A stretch of 54,104 nt of DNA from Seison nebaliae (taxonomy: Eukaryota), in contig JALJEE010002719.1 in the NCBI GenBank assembly GCA_023231475.1, positions 1 through 54,104 on the forward strand. The letters run 5' to 3'. The notes under the pieces are model-generated. The model saw only the letters and a list, made by a program, of their open reading frames with translations, was not told where the DNA came from and searched no databases. Position 1 is the stretch's first letter. Each line of letters opens with the position of its first letter. A program made the translations under genes and the position numbers. Below, piece by piece: positions 37,667 through 49,265 of the stretch.

Positions 37667-40600
37667 TGCAGATCGAATCGAAAATGATAGACTTTCTTCG
37701 TCATTAACTTCCGACGAATGACGATCAAATTACACGATTCCTCATTATGTCAGACAATGAGGAGGGGGGGAATATGGCTAATGAAGAAAAGAAAGAAGAA
37801 TAAGATAAAAACATTGAGAAAGAGTAAGGTGAATCAATAAAAAGAATAATTTTTAATCAAAATTCCGAGATTAATTAGACATTTTGACAGGCTGAATATT
37901 AAATTCCGTATGCTCAAACTATTCTTCTTTTCTCCTCACATTATTTATCATCACTTCAAATATTATATTCGATTAATATTATCATTACTGTTCTTTAATT
38001 TCCTTCTACATGTCCCTCATACACATTAGAACATAAATTTCATATATTCCCACCCAAATATGGCCACCAGAATGAGATATGTTCTTCTCTCATCAGTTCT
38101 CCAATCTATCATTACATGGAAACAAGTTCCGCACCCATTATTCATAAGCATTTCTTCCATTTCGTACCTCTTATCTCTTCAAAGACGACATGAGAACGAA
38201 TGAAACTTATCGACGAAATATACTACTATATCGACCCACTTCTCCAATTGATGAGAAATTGTTCTTAGTTCGAAGAAGAAATATTTCATCAACCGAACTT
38301 TATGGGAAAAGGAAGAACAAATCAATATTTGACATCATCATCGTCAATTCGATGTTCATCTGATGTGGAATATATAATGAATTTAATTTGCTAATGCAGA
38401 AAATGAGGAGAAGGATCAGTCAATCTCATTGACATAATTCGAGAAAATCTTCAAAAATGCTTGTGAAAAAGAAAGTGGTGCTCTCAATATCGGTGAACTA
38501 CAGTCATTGATTGATGGGGAAAGAATAAAGGAATTATTCGAATCATTTCCGACATGATCGAAATCCGTAATAATCGTTAACAAATGGATAAATAAATAGT
38601 AGTCATCATAATAATGATAGTATTGAAAGATGGCGAATCGTAACGAAATAGGTTTTACCCATTCTGTATCCTTCTCCCCTGCAATTCTCTACTGGCAATT
38701 AATATACTTACAGTATCTTGCACATACTTTCCGTCAGTAACATCCGTTTGAAAGATTGTGAAAATGAAAGGAGAAAACTTTTTTTTACTTCTAAATTACA
38801 TTGAATATTTATTCATCAGGGGAATTTATTCTCCATAATCATTTTCTTCTGTTTTCATTTCTTCTTCTTCTTCAGTTTCTTCTTCTTTTCTGGGGAAGAA
38901 ATGGGAAACTATTATTTGATAATGTAAATGTTTGCCTTTATCTGTTTGAATAGCGATAAAAAAAAAGACATTTCATGATGACTTTGATGACGATAGTGAT
39001 ATGCGACATGTTACACTATGATTTCATTTATTAATCCTTTTCATTCCTTTATTTTATAATCGTTCTAGAAATATAAAACATTTCCTTTAGTCTCAATGCA
39101 ATTGATGGATAGGATAACATCATTATACACTTTCAAAATAAATTAAAAGAAAATTGATCACCATCTTAAATTTTCACCTTTCTACTCCATTGTTCTCCCA
39201 AGAAAAATGTACTGTGGGAATTAGGGATAGTGAGTTCTACTAATTACAACTTCAATTATCCAGCATACCATACACTCAATTCTTCTTGGCCGGTAGATAT
39301 CTATCGATGTCATTCATCCATTCAAATTTTCCATCTATAATTTTTCTCGTGCACTTTTGGTGCCCATCGTCAAATGTTTTTGGGGAAACCACATTGGTCG
39401 TTTGCTGTAATACAACAATATTAATTACATGGAATAAGATATTGCTCGATTATGTTTCAGAAGGAAATGGAATAAATTTGAAAAAATTTAAATCTGATGA
39501 ATATATTTTTCATTAATCATTTTTTCTCTAAAATTAATCGATGTGCGAACTAGTACAATTGATAGGTTAACTACTGATCGATCCATTGTCCAAATAACAA
39601 TTCCATGATGATTTCTGGTACTCATCAAATAGTTGTTATTGCTGGAGGCACTTCTTAATAAAAATAATGGGAAAGTATTTAGGAAAATTCCTCTTAACAT
39701 CAGTATTGTCCAATAGAGAATGTAGATATTATATGATCATCAAAGACCGTCGTCAATGAGTTGCTCAACTTTCATTTGTTTGGTTGACATTTAAATATAA
39801 CAGCTGTCAGGCATACGATATATGTACGTATCAGAAATAATTATCGATTATACATATGAAGACATATTAATTCAACCATTCCAATGCAATGCTATTCTAT
39901 TCTTTATCCATTCGAATTCATCTATTCTTTTTCCTTCAATTCAATTGCATTAATACGAAGAAATACAATTATTACGACAACTACCATCACTCAGCATAGC
40001 CATTCATTTTAACAAATGAATTTTCTTTTACTTTTAAATTGTCAAACGTTCAACGGAATTCGTTCATGTAACTTCATGCAACATGACAACGGGAAAATGA
40101 ATCAGAATTTCTGAAATTGATTTTCATCATTAATTTTCAAAATGAACAATCAACTTTCACAAATACTTTTCTGCTCTAGGAAGATTGACATTAAACAGTA
40201 GAAATTTATCTCTTCTTAATGATATTGTGAAGAATGAGAAAAGATGATAAACGGAAGAAAACATATTTTATTCTTTAAAAGAATATTTGGGTAGTCTATA
40301 TAATTGGTTAGTTCGAAAAAATACATAAATCATTTAAAGAAGTTGAACATGGCATGAAAGTAAAGGAAAACATTAATGTTCATATGATGATGTAAGTTTC
40401 AGTTGCTGACTGTAATTATGATTTGATTTCAACTCATAACAATCGTTCATTTTTCCGTCAACAGCGAGAGATGCTCACAACATCGGAGCGAATGGGAGGA
40501 TTTCTCGTGTGTTACCATAATAATTTTTAAAAAAATATGGCGTGCAGAACAGAAGAATGCAATTTTATTTCTTTTTCAAATTCAACATAATCATAATTCG

Positions 40601-42356
40601 GAAAATTGTGCAACATATTTTCTATTAATGTGATAACGATTTCTTTTAATGGACTTAGAAGTCTAATGTCATTTGATATTTCTCTCTGGAATTGGTGGCA
40701 GGATACTGATGAAAAAAGAAAGAAAAAGATTATGGAACAAACATCGAATACCTAACAAATTTGAGTATTCGGAGAGGATTTTGGATATATTATTTAAGAA
40801 AATTGTCTCATCTTTCACGATGGGAGGAGAACATTTGTTTTGTTAATTACATGTTAATGTTCAGTTTAAATGTCGAACGATGTTGTTTAGAATTGTTGCA
40901 TGGTTTGTTTATGATTTGACTATTAACTTCAATATGGATCAGATGGGAGTGTTACGAAGAAAATATTGAACTGACGTGCAAACAAAACATTCCCTCCTAA
41001 CGAATGAATATTAATCAGTCGTTGTCTAACTTATCGTTGATGTTGAGAATATATTAAATTGTGGATGGATAAAATAATCATATGCGTAAACGTAACTGAA
41101 TATTCTAATACTATTAGAACGTATGCTAATTTAGAGAAGAAAAGTTAAATATAATTTGTCTGAAGTCTATGCTTAATATTCTACTTAACCATGCAAATTA
41201 TGAGAAGGAGAACTTCTTACGGTACTACAATAAAGTAAATTGCAGAAAAATAATACAATATTGAGTGACATTTAAAATTTGAAGATTTCTTTCAATTTGA
41301 ATGATGGAAAGAATAAAATTTTCTTTTGTTCATGGCACGAAACATATAAAATGCGAAAACGTGAAATGGCTGGAGAAAATCAGATAATTGCACATAAAAT
41401 GCACAAATAAAAAAATATGTTGCGTACGAATCATGAAATTATGTGATTATGACAAAAATAGATAATTTCGGATATTTAACAACAATACTTATGTTGTAAA
41501 TTTCAAAAAAATAAGTAATAAATCCTCATCCGATCTCTTCTATCAATTCTGCAGATCTCTAGGAGAACTGCAGTATGCCATATTGGAATATCATTCTTTC
41601 TAAAGAATTCCATTTAACTTATGAAGATATTATGAAGAATAGTTAATAGTGTAACTGAAAAATATGTCGAGAATATAACAATGTTTCCATAGAAAGTATT
41701 TATGTGTTTCATCGTCTTCCGTTTGCTAATTGAAGGTCGACCATTGATTATAAACGATTAAATAACTGACTTGAGATTGACTGAGAACATACGGTCGATA
41801 AAAATTAACAATTATAAGAAAAGGAAGATTAATTTAAATTGTTTAAATGTTTACTTCATTAGTTAAGTGGAAATGAAACGGATTATTAATCGTTCAATTT
41901 CTTCTTACAGTTAGTTCACCGAATAATATTTAGTATTATTATAATGCAACACAAAACGTTATTGTTGCAGTTGAAATTTTTAATTGAATTCAAATACGGA
42001 CAATTAAATTTAATAAGTTATTCATATAATTTCCATATAAAGGTGTGGAGTATATTCATAGAATAAGACTGATAATTTAATAGAATGTGCGAATAATTTT
42101 GTCTTTATAATTGAACGGAAAATAGTTCTAATTCACTCAACTGAATGAGTAATTCTTAAGGGTTCACTAAAGTTATTATTTATCAACATTTTAGTGGCAA
42201 AACTTTGATCCATAAGTTCTTCCGAGGGTGTTTTCCGAAAGTCTTAAATTCTGAAGCTCCTGCAACTGAAACAGGAAATCTTATTGATGTATATACAGAG
42301 AACAGGAAGAAATAAATGTTTAATAAAATCGAATCAACTTAAGAATTACTAAAAAA

Positions 42357-45300
42357 TTATTCAAATCTGGGTTCGAGATTGGTACGCAACTCACTTACAT
42401 TAAATAGGATACGATAATCAGGAGGGAGATGCAATAAGAAATCCTCTTCCGATCCAACAGCACCTACATCAAATGTGTTCCCACATGTTTCCATCAATTG
42501 GAATGTTAGGTGGATTAGAGACGCATCATTTGAAATATCCTTTGTGGTTACTTGGAAAATGGATTTTTTTTCTTGTAAAATGTTTATCGGTCTCAATGCC
42601 GAATGACGTATTTTCCTTACGGTATGCATTGGGATATCATCGAAAGAATCAATTTTGAGATCATTGGCAAAATGTGATTCCATAAATATACTTTTAGCAA
42701 AGAACGAAAAAGAAGAGAATGTTCCATCAGTTTGATATTCATCGTTTACTCTTGGTGATTGATCATATAACTTCGTATTCATTTGATCATAACGTCGTAA
42801 GTGGCGTAATACATCATCAACATCATAAGTTCGAATATTTTGTAAAATATTTAGAATACTAAAGAGAATTAGTGAAGAAATAATTATTAATGTCCCTAAA
42901 ATAATAATTACTAAAATAATTCCGTCTTTTTACTAAAACAATCCACGAAATAAAATGAAACATTATTTCTTAATATTATTAAACAAAAAGTTAGTTAATT
43001 AGAAAAATCAATAAAACTTAAGTGAGAAAAGAGAAGAAGATTATGAATACCTAAATGGCTTACCTAAATGCATTTGTATTAAACAAATCTTTAGTGGAAA
43101 TATTGGTCAAACCAGTTTTCAACATCTTCTCAGGGAACATATAAGAGAAAATTACTACTCCTATCTCACAATAATCGAGAGGCATAACACATTCGGTTGG
43201 TAAATTATCGGTTGATAACCATTCACCATTTGTGGCACGTGCAGCGTGAAATGACAGAGGCATTACACGTTGACTAGACTCATCTATGGCAATTAATTTG
43301 ATCGGAATATCACAAAGGATTATTCCACTTACATGAGTCGCCTAAAAAAGAGTCGAATATGAATTTGAAAATTTACAAATTCAGAAATTTTCAAAAAGAA
43401 AAGAATAATTAGAAAGATTAGAACTAAACTCGTATCATGCTAAGAAGGTAAATGGGAATCTTTTCCTTTCTGGGATTATTTAACGAATAATGATAAAGAG
43501 TATGAACGATTTTATCAAATTTCCAAATTCTGATATGGAGCGAATTTGGAGGATCTCCTACAAGTTAAGTCGATGAAAACGAGAAGGTCATTCTACGAAA
43601 TTCATTAATCAACCTGATGTGATATTCTTAGTTAGGTAAGGAATAATTGTAAAGAAGGTTTGTGGATCTAAACCATTCAGAGTCGAATTATAAATTTCGT
43701 AGAATTTATCAAATTTCTCAATAGCATTCGCATTCGTTGAATAATGGACGATGAGAGTAGAGGAGCTTGTATGGAAAAGCAGAACATAATATTCATCACC
43801 AATGGCAGATAATGGATTCACTAAAGATATAGGTACCGGAATGAATTCCGTCAGAGTCATATCCTCAATCATTTCTTTGATCTGTAAATATTTACATTAA
43901 ATTGAATAATAAACATTTTGTTATCTAACATGAGGAAATATTCCATGTAAGATTCTTTCGTCTCTAAATTGGAAATTTGTGTAAGGTAAAGTTCCATTAA
44001 TATTATCCACATCATCATCAATATTTTGATTATCTAAAAAATTATCAAAATTTATATCGTAAAGAAACTTTAACTCTTATGTTTCAAACGTCTCTTCAAT
44101 TTTCTCTTAGATTTTATTACAATCTCTTTGCCTCTCTTCATGAACGATTTCTTCTCCTTCTTTGCTAATTTTATTTCTTTTTTTTCTTTATTTCCAAGTT
44201 CTTTTTTAGATGTTTTTTCAGTTTCATTAATTGGAATTTCAGATTTGACTTTTTTCCTCTGAAATTTATTTTTTACCTTCTTTTTCGATTGTTCCACAAA
44301 ATTTTTACCACGTTCCTTTATAGACTTACTTTTTTCTTCCGTTTCATTATCGGATTTTTTCTTTTTCTTTCTCACAACTAATCAAAATAGTTCAAAAATT
44401 AACATACAAAAAAACATAAATCAAAAATTAACATCGTTTGCCCCTAGAATGGACAAGTTTTTCGTTAAAATTTGGTTGAATTTCTAAATAATAAAATATT
44501 GAGAAAATGTTATGAAAATAACAATATTAACCGATATCGAATTGACAATTATTAACTCCATTATCATTCAACAAATATATTAATTCGTTGAATCGTATAA
44601 GAATTTGGTCGTTGCTATTCATAAAATAATTCATCCGATTAATTAATCTTTTCGTTCTTCTCAAATAATCTGTCATATCATCCGAATATCTGAATGATTG
44701 ACTGTGTGATGTGACGAGGAGAATTTCCAATAAATTCAAATATGAGAATTCGATATCAGAATTATCCCAATGGAAATGTTCACCATTCGACTGTTCACAA
44801 TCATTTATATCATCATCTTTTAATGTTCTCAATGAAAATGGGAGAATGTCTTTCAAAGAAAATCGAATAAATTTCACTGATACATCGAAATAATAATTTA
44901 GTTCTTTACAAATTATATAAATTTGTTTCAACATTTCGTTTGTCTCAAATTCCTCTTCCTTTAAACGTAAAATCAATTAATATCTTTTTTTTATAAAATT
45001 AAACTTCTATTATTTGTTCCAAATGTATAATTATGTTATTCAATTCTAATGTTGGTACAACATTAAGTTCGTTCCCGAAGTTATCATGAAGATCTAAATG
45101 GAACTGGATTTTTCCTAACCAATTCTGGTACATATTTGTCGTATAAATACTAATATTATCCAGGAAATCCACAAATGGAAAATAGAAAAATTTCTTCCAC
45201 ATGGTGAAAAATAATTGCACATTATTTTCAACTGCTTTACTTGAGAATAAAATTCCTTCCAGAGAAACTTTCTCGAAATTACTCGTATAATTATCAAGAT

Positions 45301-46114
45301 AAAATGGATATTGAGATTGATGAGATAATCGATAAGAATAATTTAAATGAACATATCCTTCCTTCAAAGATCTTATTGCATTCAATCGTATTTCATGATA
45401 AACTGATGAATTATACATTCTTATGACTTCTGATGATAATTTCGAATTCTTTGACATTCGTAAATCTTTAATGTCAAATATATTGAGATCAGTTCGATTA
45501 TTAATAAAATTCAAATATTCCTGAAATTCTAATGTTCCAAAATCATATTTTATTTGAAGAATGTTCCCTTGAATTGCTCTGAATGTTGATTGTTCGAATA
45601 CTTGTTTGATTAAAATTGAATTCAGTTCATAAATTCTTCTGACAGTTTTCAAAAAATTTCTCAGAAGTTTCGGCACAAAATCCATATCGAGGTTAATTTC
45701 GAAGTTCCTATTAAACATTTGAACGATGTAATGATGGGAATTCTGATATCGAAGATAATTCGTGAGACAATCACTTCGTTTTCTTTTCTTCAACTTTTTT
45801 AACATCAAATATGAAATCGATAAATCTTTCGCTTTTGTTATTCCAAACTTAAAATTCTCATAATTCTTCGTTTCTATTGCAAAATTCAGTAACTCATCAT
45901 TATTACGATGATCAACTTTGTGAATGGCCACGTGCAACATCTGCATTAACCTACAGGTTCCTTCATAGAATTGAGGAAGAAAAATTTCTTCGTTTTTCAT
46001 TGGGACATTTATGTTCTGGAATAGTTCAAACCGTTCACATAATCGTGATTCCGAAATTAAAAGGCACAAAGGCATTAACAATAAAGTCAATAATTTTTTA
46101 AGTAAAATTTGCAT
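42357..46114 (-). CDS. Large uncharacterised (~1000 aa) signal-peptide and C-terminal-TM protein with a Lys/Glu-rich internal exon; 9 exons
   Basis: ORFs 44999-46114, 44527-44976, 44070-44375, 43609-43872, 43060-43263 and 42357-42782 join in frame through eight GTT..AG introns plus small exons. No family was recognised. Confidence 0.6.
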
Positions 46115-46399
46115 TTTAATATAAATCTAAATTCGCTGTTTGAATAACAATCCAACTTGGTACACTTTTATATTAGAAGAAAAGACAGTAAGTGAACTAT
46201 TGGACAGAACAAACGCGCAATTTGCAAAGAGGTAAGAAATATTTGATCATTTTTGATTTTCCTACTTTGTAATTCATATGCTTTTGAAAGTAATTGATAA
46301 AATGCTAATGAAACGATTTTGTTTAACAATTCTTTCTAAAGTTTCATCATTTAAGTTGGAGACTTTTTTGACACATGGAAAACGTTTATCAAAATTAAT

Positions 46400-47025
46400 A
46401 TTTATCGAATGTTAAGTGACAAAATTTTGATCCATTTTGAGGAACAAGAATGAATAAATTTTTATTAAAATCAAATCAACTTAAGAATTAATAAACCTTA
46501 TTCAAATTTCGGTTAGATATTGCTAAGCAACTCAATTACATTAAATAGAACACCATAATCATGAAATATATGCCATAAGAAATTATCTTCCGAAATCCAT
46601 ACTGCACCTACATCGAATGTATTACCACAGGTTTCCATCAATTGGAATATATAGAGTATAGGATGAATTAGAGAAGCGTCGTTCGAAAAAACTTTGGTGG
46701 TGACTTGGGAGACAAATTTCTTTTCTGGTAAAGTATTTATTGGTCTCAATGTTGATTCTTTTCTATGTACATCGGAATGTCAATTTTTCTAAATTTGCAC
46801 ATGTAATAGTATCTGCATTAACCTACAAGTTCCTTCATAAAATAGTGGAAAAGAAATCTCTTCATTAGTGCACAAAGGCATTACCACTAGGAAGAATAAT
46901 TATTTAACAAAACTGATGTTAAACGATTGACCAGAACTAAAAGCGCAAATTGGAAACTGAATAACATTTTAATTCATATGCATTTTATATAAAAATAATT
47001 GATAAAATGCTAATGAAACGATTAA
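46400..47025 (-). pseudogene. Internally deleted duplicate of the 42357-46114 gene
   Basis: 46440-46750 matches the last exon and 3' flank (FQLMETCGNTFDVGAV shared). 46810-47025 matches the first exon and upstream region (ATCTGCATTAACCTACA.GTTCCTTCATA; TAATTGATAAAATGCTAATGAAACGATT). Confidence 0.8.
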
Positions 47026-47225
47026 CGTCTTTATAAAATTGATCGCTTAAGCTTTACCTTTTTTTTTGATATAAAGACACGTCCATTAGGAAATTTATGA
47101 AGTTCTTTTATAAACTGAGCAAGTTTAAATTTTGGCTTAAAGTTCTATAATATAAATATAAGAAAATAAAAAAAAAAATTATTAAATTACTAATCAATTA
47201 TAAATTAAAATAGTTTCTCCATCAA

Positions 47226-47816
47226 ATGGCATATAATCACTTATCGTTTCTATTGATTTTTGTGGGACTTTATTCCCGATATGGTTATTGAATGATTTAT
47301 TTGAAAAAAAAATGAATTTTATTGAATATTTATCGATTTAAGAAACCATAAAAATTGGTACAACTATCAAATGTTATGAATGTCGTTATCCCGATCCTAA
47401 TTGTAAAGATCCGTTCGATACGGAGAAATATCAGTTGGTGGAATGTGGTCGAAATAGAACAAAGTGTATGAAATATATGTGGCAATGTTATTCCCAATCA
47501 TTCTCCATTAATTTCTCTTATTTATTCTCATAGTTAGTGCATTGGGTCCCGTTTATTACGCACGGCAATGTTCGGCCAATGTAGAAATTGGTCGAAAAGA
47601 TGGACGTGATTGTATTGAACGAGTCGGTTAGTTGATCGATTGTTTATTATTTACATTCTCCCCCAATCAATTATAGGTGATTTTGAAACGAAGTTATGGT
47701 TTTGTGGTTGTGATAATCGTGATGGTTGTAATGGCGTTGATAAGATAAACATTCCACTAAATTATCTCTTACGTCTCCTCCTTCCTATTCATTTATTCAA
47801 ACAATATATTTTATGA
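47226..47816 (+). CDS. Ly6/uPAR three-finger protein, quiver/sleepless-like; introns 47284-47342, 47487-47533, 47627-47676 (absent from the ORF track)
   Basis: Spliced product: signal peptide, IKCYECRYPDPNCKDPFD...ECGRNRTKCMKYMWQ|FSALGPVYYARQC...DCIERV|GDFETKLWFCGCDNRDGCNG, then a hydrophobic GPI-like tail. Confidence 0.88.
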
Positions 47817-48160
47817 GAAATATTCTCATTTATCGTTGAATGATGGGAGGTGGATGGAATCTCATATTTATATTTATCCACTTCATCTCAACTTCATCGA
47901 CATTTATAATTAATTTACTTATTCATCACAATCTTTATTCAACTCATAATCGTAATCTTCATATCTCTCTACATTCCATATCTATTTTCCTTTTTGCAAA
48001 CAAATTATTTCATTCCAAATATCATTTCAAATTTTATACATCTCGCTCGTTTTTTTATTGCTGTAAATAAACATTTTTTCCAAATTTCTCTAAATTTTCC
48101 ATTAAACGTAATTGAGTAAAAATAAATTTTTTTTTCAAATTTTAGATCATTCTCATTATC

Positions 48161-48652
48161 ATGTTTTTGTTTTTATTTGTGAATTTTTGTGTTTTCCATT
48201 TCATCATCACATTTCCCAATTGGAAGACTTCAGATCATTCGATTTGTCGACCATGTCCACTTTGCGAAATGCCATTGATGCATCGTTCGAATAATTGTCT
48301 CCGATACGAATGGACATATTATACGAGACAATTGGAAATTCCTTATAGAAATATAAGTCTTTTAAATGATAATGATCGTTTATCGAAACGTCGAACAAAT
48401 CGACAAATGAAATCATCAACAAAGAATGCATTACATGTGGAATTTCAATATTTGACGAAACATCATCGACATGTGAGACGAAGTGTCTTCCTAAATAAAC
48501 CATCGATAATTCGATCGGTTATTGTCAAACCGAAAACGATCGATTTGGATGCGATAAGAATGAATGAAACTTTCCAAGAATCTCAATTGATTTTAGTGAA
48601 ATGTCCATGTTGTAAATATTGTGTGGAATGGAGTAAACGAAATATTGATTAG
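48161..48652 (+). CDS. Uncharacterised secreted Cys-rich protein
   Basis: Hydrophobic N-terminus; Cys clusters CRPCPLC...C and CPCCKYC separated by a basic linker with KRR and RHVRR sites. Confidence 0.55.
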   Translation: MFLFLFVNFCVFHFIITFPNWKTSDHSICRPCPLCEMPLMHRSNNCLRYEWTYYTRQLEIPYRNISLLNDNDRLSKRRTNRQMKSSTKNALHVEFQYLTKHHRHVRRSVFLNKPSIIRSVIVKPKTIDLDAIRMNETFQESQLILVKCPCCKYCVEWSKRNID

Positions 48653-49265
48653 AATGATGATAATTTACCTTTTGTAATTTCCTTTTTTCATTCATTTCAA
48701 AATAAAATGATTTTCTTTTTAAAATTAGATTTATTCAAGAATTAGAAGAGAGTGAGAAATAAAACAAAAAATATAAAAATTCATTGAATTCTTTCTGTAT
48801 TTCTTGTTTCTGTTGTGGAACGAGAATAATTCATTCGGATTCATCCACCAAACTCAACATAAGCTTAAACAGGTTGAGAATGAAACAAGTGGATTTAAAC
48901 TGATCATATCAATGATGTGTGAGAAAGAAAAGAGAAATCGATGGATTTTTTTTCCGATATAGTCTGATGATAATATATTGGAGAGAGGAAATATAAATAA
49001 TGGAATCCTGTCGATAGAATTCGAGAGAAATGATGATGAAAATGTTCGTTAACGATAAAAAAAATTTCAATTAAAACATAATTGAGAAAGATTTATACTC
49101 TTCCCTGTGTGAACGACGTTCGATTTTGTGAGAAATAATTTAATTTTAGTCAACGAAACAAATGGAACAGTATTCATAACAATATTAATACGAATAACAA
49201 GAATATTGAGAGATAAGATACAGATGATGAGTTATTAAATTAAAACATATTTTCTTCAACTCTTC

